The notes beneath the pieces are model-generated. The model made no database searches. It was given only the letters and a program-made list of their open reading frames with translations, and was not told the DNA's origin. This document shows, one piece after another, positions 1 through 7,882 of a stretch of 41,974 bases of DNA (within the stretch, counting starts at the first letter, position 1; every line of letters starts with the position of its first letter). This DNA comes from an uncultured Ruminococcus sp. (GTDB lineage Bacteria; Bacillota; Clostridia; Oscillospirales; CAG-272), in the NCBI GenBank assembly GCA_964596195.1, contig CAZQTN010000003.1:1-41974 (forward strand), written 5' to 3'. The position numbers and the translations under genes are program-made.

Positions 1-166
1 GGTTGAATAGGTATAGGTGTTATACACCTCTCTAAGAAAATTTTACACGAAAACAAAATCCTTGTCAACAGTTTTTAAAATTTTGACCGCCGCGCGCAGC
101 GCGAGGAAAATAAGAGGCTAGCCCCTTAACTAAAAGCTTTTGACTCAGCCCCATTCGATTACTTTA

Positions 167-733
167 TTAGGCAACAGGATAAATAATGAAATGCTTTGGT
201 TTTTCCTTTAACTCTTTAAATAACAGGTTGTAGAATTTTTTCGAGATTACAACCGGCTCGTCTCCGAAACCCCAACCGATAATTATTTCCGAGCCAAATG
301 CATCAATATTTTTGGGAAGCATATCCGTATTCAATCTTAAGAAATCGCAATTAGGCTCATCAAAAACATAATTAATTCTTCCGCATGAAGGACAAGCATC
401 CTCACTATATTTTCCGATAAAGGTGTAAGCTGCCAGTGGAAGTTTGTTATTGAAAACCAGCTGGGATACGTCGGGAGTTGGAGTTGCAAGATCGCCTTTC
501 AAAACGGGCATAAAATGCACACCGTTTATTCCATTTTTCAGAATGGTTTCCTTCGCGAAATCACTGCAAAAAATCTGAGTCATAAAGCCAGTTTCTACAG
601 AACAAAAATTATACCCATTTCTCCATTTTGGAGTTTTGACTGAAACAAAAGGATTTACTTGATCTAAATGACGGTGTCGTGGGATTCCATATTCTGTGAC
701 ATACGGACATTTTGCATCATACGTATAGTCCAC
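167..733 (-). CDS. Hypothetical protein, downstream (-1) reading frame of a split gene. Possible polymorphic-toxin immunity-like protein (double-CXXCG/SitI6- or Imm11-like, from recollection only).
   Basis: 188-aa ORF with a GTG at 733 and AT-rich codon usage matching the surrounding island. It has one CPSCGR (CXXCG) motif, followed by ...LPKNIDAFG...VVISKKFYNLL...HFIIYPV, which resembles immunity-protein families I recall. The frame is continuous with ORF 664..1029 through an A6 tract. Confidence 0.55.
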   Translation of the reverse strand: MDYTYDAKCPYVTEYGIPRHRHLDQVNPFVSVKTPKWRNGYNFCSVETGFMTQIFCSDFAKETILKNGINGVHFMPVLKGDLATPTPDVSQLVFNNKLPLAAYTFIGKYSEDACPSCGRINYVFDEPNCDFLRLNTDMLPKNIDAFGSEIIIGWGFGDEPVVISKKFYNLLFKELKEKPKHFIIYPVA

Positions 734-1029
734 TTTTTTGTCTCCATGCCCATTCTAGTTACATAAAGCAAATACCAATTCGCATCTTCCATTTCTTGAT
801 TTGAAAAAACCGACGATTTTGAAATTGATGTTCCCGGCAAGGTTTCGATGTACTTCAGTAATTCGTCACTATTTTCTGTATCTGAATACACAGTATAATA
901 AATTCTCTTTGGAATTGGCCCCATTTCGTATTTTATATTTTTATTTTTCAAAAAATTAATTACGCTAACATCTTCATTCATACCACAGTAAAATTCGTAT
1001 TTCATAATACCAATTAAACCTCCCGACAA
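664..1029 (-). CDS. Hypothetical protein, upstream (0) frame of the split gene. The likely true start is ATG at 1005 (MKYEFYCG...).
   Basis: 121-aa ORF with a TTG at 1029 and an in-frame ATG at 1005 preceded by GGGAGG. A consensus promoter lies at 1056..1085. The frame terminates 22 codons after the A_AAA_AAG heptamer. Confidence 0.45.
   Translation of the reverse strand: MSGGLIGIMKYEFYCGMNEDVSVINFLKNKNIKYEMGPIPKRIYYTVYSDTENSDELLKYIETLPGTSISKSSVFSNQEMEDANWYLLYVTRMGMETKKWTIRMMQNVRMSQNMESHDTVI
733..739 (-). other. A_AAA_AAG heptamer: candidate -1 ribosomal frameshift site, or a homopolymer indel site.
   Basis: The minus strand reads GAG ACA AAA AAG TGG in the 664..1029 frame. A -1 slip gives ...K K | GTG GAC TAT ACG = VDYT, which is exactly the first codons of ORF 167..733. 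Confidence 0.35.
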
Positions 1030-1055
1030 TCATTTGGAAACCCTTTTCTCAAATA

Positions 1056-1085
1056 ATTATAACATACCGGAAAGAAAACTGTCAA
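1056..1085 (-). promoter_or_regulatory. Sigma-A-type promoter for the AT-rich split gene.
   Basis: On the minus strand: TTGACA (1085-1080), 18-nt spacer, TGtTATAAT (-10 at 1061-1056). Confidence 0.55.
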
Positions 1086-1174
1086 CTTAGCCGTCATCAA
1101 TTTAAATAATTTTGATCTTAGTTGTCGAGCAAAACTGTTAAATTTGTTAAATTTAAAAAATATTGCAAAAACAG

Positions 1175-1203
1175 TTGTAAATGTCAAAAAAATGTGATAA
1201 AAT
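1175..1203 (+). promoter_or_regulatory. Promoter of pfkA.
   Basis: TTGTAA (1175-1180), 17-nt spacer, TGaTAAAAT extended -10 (TAAAAT 1198-1203). It lies about 55 nt upstream of the pfkA start. Confidence 0.5.
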
Positions 1204-1257
1204 AGAGTCTCAACATAGGCAAACGGTTTGCCTTTATTTTTCGAGGTGAAATCTGAA

Positions 1258-2325
1258 ATGAAGAAATTTAAGACGATTGGCGTACTCACGTCGGGCGGCG
1301 ACGCCCCCGGAATGAACGCGGCTGTAAGAGCCGTAGTCCGTACTGCTATAAGCAACGGCGTTGAGGTGGTCGGTATATATAGAGGATATTCGGGACTTAT
1401 CAGCGGAGATATCAAGCCCCTCGGCCTGCGCGACGTTTCCAACATAATAAACAAGGGCGGCACGATGCTTTACTCCGACCGCTGCCCGGAGTTCAAGACT
1501 GAGAAGGGTATGTCAAAGGCTATTGCCACCTGCCGTGAGTTCGGCATTGACGGCATTGTTGCCGTCGGCGGTGACGGTACCTTCCGCGGTGCGACAGACC
1601 TTACCAACCACGGCATTCCCTGCGTAGGTATCCCCGGCACGATCGATAACGATATTTCGTCCACCGACAGCACTATCGGCTTTGACACCGCTATGAACAC
1701 GGTAATCGACCTCGTCGACAAGCTGCGTGACACCTGTGAGTCACACGCAAGATGCAACGTCGTTGAGGTAATGGGTCGCGGTGCAGGTGACATTGCCCTT
1801 AACGCAGGTATAGCATCGGGTGCTACCGCAACGGTAATCCCCGAATTTCCGGCCAACGACGACGAGATCTGCGCAAAGATATCCACCTCTCGCAGACACG
1901 GCAAGCGTAACTTCATCATCCTCGTATCCGAGGGTGTGGGATCCGATTACGCGCCTGCCCTTGCCGAGAAGATAATGGCCCAGACCGGCGTAGATACCAA
2001 GTTTGCACGCCTTGCGCACGTTGTGCGCGGCGGCAACCCTACCCTGCGCGACAGAGTTATGGCATCCGAGATGGGTGTTTTCGCAGTTAAGGAGCTGCTC
2101 GCCGGCAACTCAAACATAGTTATCTGTATGCGCAACGGCGAGATCGTTGCAACCGATATCAACTACGCGCTCAACCTTGACCGCCTTTACAAGGGCAAGA
2201 GCACCAAGGAGGAACTGCTTGAGAAGTTCGATGAGGCAACCGTCGAGCGTATGAGCGTTGAGGCCGCAGAGCGCCGCAGACACCTTGAGGAGCTTTACAG
2301 CGTAGAACAGACTATTTCACTCTAA
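1258..2325 (+). CDS. pfkA: ATP-dependent 6-phosphofructokinase.
   Basis: MKKFKTIGVLTSGGDAPGMNAA, GGDG, PGTIDND and MGR motifs are present. The start was moved from the track TTG at 1228 to ATG at 1258, which has a GAGGTG RBS 7 nt upstream. There is a roughly 35-aa C-terminal extension relative to the classic 320-aa PfkA. Confidence 0.95.
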   Translation: MKKFKTIGVLTSGGDAPGMNAAVRAVVRTAISNGVEVVGIYRGYSGLISGDIKPLGLRDVSNIINKGGTMLYSDRCPEFKTEKGMSKAIATCREFGIDGIVAVGGDGTFRGATDLTNHGIPCVGIPGTIDNDISSTDSTIGFDTAMNTVIDLVDKLRDTCESHARCNVVEVMGRGAGDIALNAGIASGATATVIPEFPANDDEICAKISTSRRHGKRNFIILVSEGVGSDYAPALAEKIMAQTGVDTKFARLAHVVRGGNPTLRDRVMASEMGVFAVKELLAGNSNIVICMRNGEIVATDINYALNLDRLYKGKSTKEELLEKFDEATVERMSVEAAERRRHLEELYSVEQTISL

Positions 2326-2335
2326 ATAAATTAAC

Positions 2336-2368
2336 GGAGCTGACCGCAAGGATCAGCTCCGTTTTTAT
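2336..2368. terminator. Bidirectional rho-independent terminator between the convergent pfkA and glycosidase genes.
   Basis: Stem GGAGCTGA (2336-2343) pairs with TCAGCTCC (2353-2360), followed by TTTTT (2362-2366). The reverse reading is also followed by a T-rich tract. Confidence 0.8.
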
Positions 2369-2370
2369 TG

Positions 2371-4398
2371 TCAATAAACGATACGCAACATCTTAAAGTC
2401 CGTCATTGACACCGTAAATGTAAGCACCTTGCCGTCATACTCAAACGGCACGGCCGAGCCATCGAGGCAATCGCACACGGCGCTCGGGGCGGCGCACTTA
2501 ACTCGGACAGTGATGCCGGCGCATCTCTTATACTCGTCGTACTTAAGATCGCACAGAGAGATAAGGCTCTCACCCTCATCCTCAAAAACGACCGCCTCGA
2601 CCGACGGGCCTGCGTCGAGATCGTACTTCTTCCGTACGTTTGAAAGAACGATATTTTTGAACACGTCGCCAAACGCGCGGCGCTCGTCATACTCAAGCTC
2701 TGCGGCGCACCATATTACCTTGCCCTTACCGAAGCGACGCTCGATATAGGCAGGATGCCCGGTGCTCTGCCAGGGTGGGCAGGAGTGGATCGATGCAAAA
2801 TGCGAGTTATCGTCGGGCTCGGCATACGGCAGAGTTATAGTTGCCCCGGTCTCGCCCGTCGCATTCTCGACTATCGGGAGAAAATAAGTGAGGGGGAGCG
2901 GATACTCTGCGCAGAACTCACCGAAGATATCCTCTTTTTCCCCTGTGGGGCTGATATACACGCGCGCACCGAGCTGAACGGGGCGGCGTTTGGTGTCGCC
3001 GTAGGTCTTACCCACCACCCGTGCGTCAAAAAACGCCTTCATAAGTCGAGAATCGGACGCACCCGAAAGGTAAAGCGTACCGCCATTTTTGACGTAATCT
3101 ATGAGCTTTAATGGCTCGTCGTTTTCAAAATCTCTTAAACTTGGTGCTATAACCATCTGATACTTTGAAAGGTCGTCAAGCGAGCCGTTTGATACTACCG
3201 CGGTGGGCACGTGGCACTCAGCAAGCCGCCTTACCGCGCCGATGGCGCAGGTCTTGTTATAGCGATCCGAGCCGTCCTCGGAGAACATCGTACGACTGTC
3301 AAAATAGACGGCAACCTCGGCGTACAGCTTGCCCCTGTCCATATAAGGCTCGTACGGGAGCTGACGCTCGAACGCCCTGCCCACTCTGTCATAAACACGC
3401 GAGTCGAGCGTGCCGATGGGGTCTATCGCATCAATGATGAGCGATGCACCGTGATGTGCCGCGGTGAGAAGTACCTCTCGCTCAAGATCAGCCTGTGGCT
3501 TGGTTATCGTATGCTCGCGCAGGCTCTTATCGCATCGACAGGTCATATATTCAAACGGCTGATTTTTGGTAACGCCGTAGTAATATTTGCACGCAAAGGA
3601 GTGTGAGTACAGATCGCCGTAAAGGTCGCCGCCGGTAAACTCGCTCTCGGCGTTGATGCCCTCGGTCGAGCCGCCGAGCCAATCACAGCCGATAACGGCG
3701 GCATAGTTAAATTCAACGGTCACCCGGGGCATTACGCGCTCGGTATATGCTCTGACAAATTGAACGAAATCAACCATCCAATCCTGCCTTGCCCGCACGT
3801 ATTTACGCCACACGGGGTCGGCCCAATCCATATTTTCGGGCAACTCCCAGCCTGTTTCCTTCAAGAAGCGATCGCGGCAGGAATCGCAATGGCACGCGAC
3901 CTCCCAATACGGCATATCAAAGAAGAGTCCGTCGATATTTTTGAACTCGCGCGCAAGCTCGTCGATCTGAACCTTTACAAACTCGCGGTACTCAAGATCG
4001 TTCGGACAGCAAAGCCCGTAGCGCTGACCGTGGTCGCGCCAGGTCGTACCGTCGCTATACTTCATTTCCCACTCTGGGTGCATCTCGATGGCACAGTTGT
4101 TGAATATAAGACTGTAATATCCAACGACCTTCATCCCGCCGGCCTTGCATTTTTCGATAAGGCGCTTGAGCTCGTTTTCGCCGCGCAAAAAATGCCTGTG
4201 CGTACGCGCGCTTTCGGTCGGGTAATTGCAAAGACCCGTGTGCGACTGAAGATAAATCATCGGACTTTGGATCCTTGCACGGACAAGATTGTCGTAATAC
4301 TCGTCGGCATTGAATTTTGAGAGAAAACGCTCGTCCGTATCGTTTATATGCATATCCGTCAGCTGACGGCGGTATACGCCCTCATACCATTTTTTCAT
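2371..4398 (-). CDS. Putative glycoside hydrolase, GHL6/GH42-like, with a C-terminal beta-galactosidase-trimerisation-like region.
   Basis: 675-aa ORF. The N-terminus (LTDMHIND...YLQSHTGLCNYPT...GMKVVGYYS) and the Cys cluster CHCDSC resemble the GHL6/GH42 TIM barrel as I recall it. The start overlaps the stop of the upstream gene by ATGA (4395-4398). Confidence 0.6.
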   Translation of the reverse strand: MKKWYEGVYRRQLTDMHINDTDERFLSKFNADEYYDNLVRARIQSPMIYLQSHTGLCNYPTESARTHRHFLRGENELKRLIEKCKAGGMKVVGYYSLIFNNCAIEMHPEWEMKYSDGTTWRDHGQRYGLCCPNDLEYREFVKVQIDELAREFKNIDGLFFDMPYWEVACHCDSCRDRFLKETGWELPENMDWADPVWRKYVRARQDWMVDFVQFVRAYTERVMPRVTVEFNYAAVIGCDWLGGSTEGINAESEFTGGDLYGDLYSHSFACKYYYGVTKNQPFEYMTCRCDKSLREHTITKPQADLEREVLLTAAHHGASLIIDAIDPIGTLDSRVYDRVGRAFERQLPYEPYMDRGKLYAEVAVYFDSRTMFSEDGSDRYNKTCAIGAVRRLAECHVPTAVVSNGSLDDLSKYQMVIAPSLRDFENDEPLKLIDYVKNGGTLYLSGASDSRLMKAFFDARVVGKTYGDTKRRPVQLGARVYISPTGEKEDIFGEFCAEYPLPLTYFLPIVENATGETGATITLPYAEPDDNSHFASIHSCPPWQSTGHPAYIERRFGKGKVIWCAAELEYDERRAFGDVFKNIVLSNVRKKYDLDAGPSVEAVVFEDEGESLISLCDLKYDEYKRCAGITVRVKCAAPSAVCDCLDGSAVPFEYDGKVLTFTVSMTDFKMLRIVY

Positions 4399-5585
4399 TT
4401 ATGTAGCCTTTCAAGATCGGGATTTTCAGCAAAGTGCTTGAGCATTACGATCGGCTCACTCGCACTCTCGTTTGTTATTGTAACACCGCGCCCTGCGGCA
4501 TCGACAGAAACAAAATACTCGTCGTACGTGAGCTGACCGTATCTGATAAGAGTCGGCGTTTCGATAGGCTGACCGCCGAATTTGCCGTGACCCGAAAGCA
4601 TTATCATACCGTATGCGGCGCCGTCCTTTACGGTAACCGTCTTGCCGGGATATACAGTCAGTCGCTTCGCCGAGGCGAGCTTGCTCTTGTAGCATATCCA
4701 CTCTTCCTTGTGTGCATTGGATTCGGTATCGACAATCGGGCGCATAAAGCGGTTCTTCTTGAAGTCGGGATCGACGTTGAGATCCCAATCTATGACGTCC
4801 ATAAGGTAATCAAAATTGCCCTTCTCTTCCTCGGGACAGTTCTTCCAAAGCAGATCCTCACCAACGCACTGACCGCCGTAAAGCACCGACTGATACATAG
4901 CATATACGTCGGATGCAAACTGCGGCTCATAGGTGCAGAGGCTTGCGGGGGCGTGAAGCACTCCCGGAGGGACGTCCCATCCCGTATCAAGCTCTATTTT
5001 ATACGCCTGCGAATAGTCAAGCAGGTGGTTGTCGCCCTTGTGGAAATTCTCGAGACACTTTTTGATCTCGTCCTTTGTACACTCGGGATTAAGACCGAAG
5101 AAGGTAAAGGGAAACTCGCCGCCGTGATTGTTCATCTGTGCGGGGAAGAAATACATTTCGGGCTTTCCCTCGGCGCCAACGCGCCTTGCGTGCTCGTCGC
5201 GGTGATGTATATGATGAGGCAGGGGGCCCGCATTATCAAAGAATTTCGAAAACATCGGCCACTTGTGATACTTATCCCAAAGATCACCTATAACCTCTGC
5301 CCCAAGCTCGTCGATAAGATCGCGAAGCAGCATCTGCTCGCTTCCGTCTTTCGATACAACGTAGCTTAAACCCTCGTCCGCGGGAGTGCCGGGGCCGTTC
5401 TCCGCCCAGGTCGTCGAGGCAAACCAACGCTCGTCGATGCCGCCTCGTTCAAGTCCGAGAACGTAGTAGTCGTCCGGGTGCAGCTTAATGCGCTTTCCGG
5501 GGCGGCAAAAGCTTCTCGGCACCCACGTGGGCTTCAAGCGGAGTATACCGCCAGACTCTTTTAATAGACTTTCGCTCAATTTCAT
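4395..5585 (-). CDS. Cupin-fold sugar isomerase-like protein (type I phosphomannose-isomerase-like).
   Basis: 396-aa ORF. It has His-rich metal-site-like motifs (LPHHIHHRDEH, VLHAP) and a C-terminal jelly-roll region. It is translationally coupled to the glycosidase gene. Confidence 0.5.
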   Translation of the reverse strand: MKLSESLLKESGGILRLKPTWVPRSFCRPGKRIKLHPDDYYVLGLERGGIDERWFASTTWAENGPGTPADEGLSYVVSKDGSEQMLLRDLIDELGAEVIGDLWDKYHKWPMFSKFFDNAGPLPHHIHHRDEHARRVGAEGKPEMYFFPAQMNNHGGEFPFTFFGLNPECTKDEIKKCLENFHKGDNHLLDYSQAYKIELDTGWDVPPGVLHAPASLCTYEPQFASDVYAMYQSVLYGGQCVGEDLLWKNCPEEEKGNFDYLMDVIDWDLNVDPDFKKNRFMRPIVDTESNAHKEEWICYKSKLASAKRLTVYPGKTVTVKDGAAYGMIMLSGHGKFGGQPIETPTLIRYGQLTYDEYFVSVDAAGRGVTITNESASEPIVMLKHFAENPDLERLHK

Positions 5586-5659
5586 TTTTCATTCTCCTCA
5601 CATGCTTTCAACAAATTACATCGTAGTGGCAAAAAATATCCACAATTTAAGTATATCAC

Positions 5660-5688
5660 GTGACAAATGCAATAAAATATGATATAAT
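5660..5688 (+). promoter_or_regulatory. Promoter of the PocR-AraC regulator gene.
   Basis: GTGACA (5660-5665), 17-nt spacer, TATAAT (5683-5688). The GGAGAA RBS lies 9 nt before ATG 5734. The -35 overlaps the palindrome TCACGTGA (5657-5664). Confidence 0.5.
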
Positions 5689-5733
5689 ATATCCAAAAAC
5701 GTTGTTTTTGTACAAAATCGGAGAAAAGAAATT

Positions 5734-6573
5734 ATGGATATAAAATTTGACAAGCAAAAGCTGGCAAGCATACTTGAGGACGTGTACACCCTGCTCGGTG
5801 TGCCTATCAGTATCTTCGACCGCGACTTTGAGTTTGTGACCTCATATCCGCCCGAGGGATACCTCACCGATTTCTGCAAAATGATAAGGGAAGACCCCAC
5901 CCGTGCGGCGAAATGTCGCCAATCGGACACCGAATCCTGTACCCTGTGCAAGCAGGAAAACCGCACGTTTTCGTATCTGTGTCACGCAGGAATACACGAA
6001 ACGGTCACGCCCATTCGCTTCGAAAAGCTTATCATCGGGTACATACTTTTCGGCGAGTATCGCACGGCGACGGACCGTACGGACGTTGAGAAATACGCCG
6101 AGGAAAACGGTATGGACAAGGGTGAGCTGCGTGCGGCATACGAGCGCCTGAGCATCCTTGATGAAAAACAGGTCGAGGCAACCTGCAATATACTCGAATC
6201 GTGTATGCTCCGCTTCTGGCTCACCGATGCTATACTGCTCAGCGACAATGACGTCGCCGAGAAAATAAAGAAATTTATAGACGAAAATCTCGGCGAGCCG
6301 CTGACCGCAGAAGATATATGCAAGAGCTTGTTTATCGGACGCAGAGAGCTATACTCGGTCTTTCGCTCGAGCTTCAACACCTCGGTTAAGCAGTACGTGC
6401 TGGACAAAAAAATAAGCAGGGCGAAAACCCTGCTTATATCAACCAATTATTCAATAACCGAAATTTCGGAAAGGTGTGGCTTTTCCGACTATAATAATTT
6501 TATTCAGCGTTTCAAGAAAATGACAGGCACGACTCCCCTGCAGTATCGCAGATCAGGCGGTGCGGGCATTTAA
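5734..6573 (+). CDS. AraC-family transcriptional regulator with an N-terminal PocR-type sensor domain.
   Basis: The N-terminus has the PocR-like Cys/His pattern (CKMIRE...CRQSD...CTLC...YLCHAGIHE). The C-terminus is an AraC dual HTH (ISERCGFSDYNNFIQRFKKMTGTTPLQYR). The gene is divergent from the isomerase-glycosidase operon. Confidence 0.85.
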   Translation: MDIKFDKQKLASILEDVYTLLGVPISIFDRDFEFVTSYPPEGYLTDFCKMIREDPTRAAKCRQSDTESCTLCKQENRTFSYLCHAGIHETVTPIRFEKLIIGYILFGEYRTATDRTDVEKYAEENGMDKGELRAAYERLSILDEKQVEATCNILESCMLRFWLTDAILLSDNDVAEKIKKFIDENLGEPLTAEDICKSLFIGRRELYSVFRSSFNTSVKQYVLDKKISRAKTLLISTNYSITEISERCGFSDYNNFIQRFKKMTGTTPLQYRRSGGAGI

Positions 6574-7298
6574 ACGCAAAAGACCGAATCAGCGATCTGT
6601 TGCAGTTTTTTGACGAGCTTTTCGTCGCAATCATCAGGGAAAAACGTTACACGGGTGGCGCTGTTACCCGTAAAGAAGCGGTAAAGCACAAGTCCGGCAA
6701 GGTAGCGACCGTACTCAGCGGAGAGGTGGAAGGTATCAGGCGCGGTAAGCGACTCGCCGCCGACCCTTATATCAAATTCGGGTGTGTTATATCCCACATA
6801 GACCGCCTCGCCCGCGGGGATAACGTCAAAGGAATACTTCTCTGCTATTGCCGCCGTAGTTTTCGCAATCATTTCGTTCATAAGATCGGTGTCGTTGTTG
6901 TAATTCACGTATGCCGGGTGAGTGCTGCCGTAGTTATATGGCCACGTGCGATGAAAAACTATGCGCGCATTCGGGCGGAGCTTTTTTATCTCGGCAACCA
7001 CGGTATCGATATAGGGGGTATAGCTCTCGATCATACCGGAAAGCGAGGATACCTGCTGTACGCTTACAACGTCCCACTCCTCACAAAGGAGCGCCGATTT
7101 AATGCTCGTCGTAGCGAGCGCCTTCGCATCCATCTGATACTCGTAGGCCGAAGCATCGTTTTTTATATTCTTCGCGTGAGTTTCGAGAGAGCAGCCGCCT
7201 ATGTAGAGGTTGCGCACGAAAAGCTCACCGTTTGATATTTCTCTTATGTATCTGGTTGCATTCGCGGAAAAGCTATTGCCTATAAAAAGTATTTTCAT
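6570..7298 (-). CDS. DUF4886/SGNH-hydrolase-like protein.
   Basis: The start was moved to ATG 7298 (MKILFIGNSFSANATRY), which has a GGAGGG RBS. The GNSFS block is typical of SGNH/DUF4886 proteins. Its stop codon shares the tetranucleotide TTAA (6570-6573) with the convergent araC-family gene. Confidence 0.7.
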   Translation of the reverse strand: MKILFIGNSFSANATRYIREISNGELFVRNLYIGGCSLETHAKNIKNDASAYEYQMDAKALATTSIKSALLCEEWDVVSVQQVSSLSGMIESYTPYIDTVVAEIKKLRPNARIVFHRTWPYNYGSTHPAYVNYNNDTDLMNEMIAKTTAAIAEKYSFDVIPAGEAVYVGYNTPEFDIRVGGESLTAPDTFHLSAEYGRYLAGLVLYRFFTGNSATRVTFFPDDCDEKLVKKLQQIADSVFCV

Positions 7299-7385
7299 TT
7301 TACCCTCCGAGGTGTTTTTCTTAATTATACTCCCATGCCCTTCAAAAGTCAATACTAGTCTAAAGCATAAAATATCCTAAATCTA

Positions 7386-7414
7386 TTGACAAAAGCATCA
7401 AAAAGTAGTATCAT
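7386..7414 (+). promoter_or_regulatory. Promoter of the Fur-family/transporter operon.
   Basis: TTGACA (7386-7391), 17-nt spacer, TATCAT (7409-7414). Confidence 0.6.
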
Positions 7415-7424
7415 AGACGAGATT

Positions 7425-7439
7425 TGAGAATTACTCTCA
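7425..7439. promoter_or_regulatory. Fur-box-like 7-1-7 operator.
   Basis: TGAGAAT-T-ACTCTCA has one mismatched pair in its 7-1-7 dyad and matches the TGATAATnATTATCA Fur-box consensus at 12 of 15 positions. It lies 11 nt downstream of the -10 element. Confidence 0.5.
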
Positions 7440-7477
7440 ATTTTTCGTTTTTGTTTTCAACCCGAAAGGATATATAA

Positions 7478-7882
7478 ATGACGTATAAGACAGAAAAAAG
7501 ATCGGAGATAACCGCGCTTTTAAAGGCATGCCCCGACCGCGCGTTTACGGTGGACGAGATCGCAGAGGCGGTATGCCCCGACGGAAGCGCAAGAAGCACG
7601 GTATACAGAATAGTATCAAAGATGGTCAAGGAGGGCTCTCTTCGCAAGATCACGGACGAGCATTCAAGGCACACGACCTACCAATACCTCGGCGAGCACG
7701 GCTGTGACGAGCATCTGCACCTCAAATGCAAGGAGTGCGGCAGGCTTATACATTTGGACGAGGAAACCTCTCATCTCCTTGAGGAAAAAATAATGACGAA
7801 CAAGCACTTTGCCATTGACGAGGGCGCGATGCTCTTCGGCAGGTGCGAGGGTTGCATAAGCAAAGGGGGTGTGCGCGCATGA
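7478..7882 (+). CDS. Fur-family metalloregulator (Fur/Zur/PerR-like).
   Basis: 134 aa with a winged-helix N-terminus, an HxH region (CDEHLHLKCKECG) and a second CxxC (CEGC). This is the typical structural-Zn Cys4 layout of Fur-family proteins. Confidence 0.8.
   Translation: MTYKTEKRSEITALLKACPDRAFTVDEIAEAVCPDGSARSTVYRIVSKMVKEGSLRKITDEHSRHTTYQYLGEHGCDEHLHLKCKECGRLIHLDEETSHLLEEKIMTNKHFAIDEGAMLFGRCEGCISKGGVRA

Noticed and set aside
86-107. GC-rich blip (GACCGCCGCGCGCAGCGCGAGG) inside the AT-rich left edge.
   Set aside because: It cannot form a stable hairpin with a viable loop and matches nothing else in the window. It is possibly a relic, but nothing testable can be said from this window alone.
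1228-1257. N-terminal extensions in the ORF track: pfkA at 1228, 7843, 8870, 9958, 21206, 25539, 37442, 37887, 40148, 7352 and 21083.
   Set aside because: In each case an internal ATG with a proper GGAGG-like RBS matches the conserved family N-terminus. The extension overlaps a promoter, a terminator hairpin or the upstream gene.
1014-1463. 149-aa minus-strand ORF spanning the pfkA promoter and 5' end.
   Set aside because: It crosses the compositional boundary and the pfkA promoter, and overlaps the conserved pfkA N-terminus in antisense. It has no start signals.
4434-5369. 311-aa + strand ORF antisense to the cupin isomerase-like gene. Similar antisense ORFs occur at 27148..28083, 22913..23650, 26515..27066, 6600..7235 and 40786..41787.
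   Set aside because: All lie entirely inside better-supported genes on the other strand that carry recognisable family motifs. None has an RBS or promoter.
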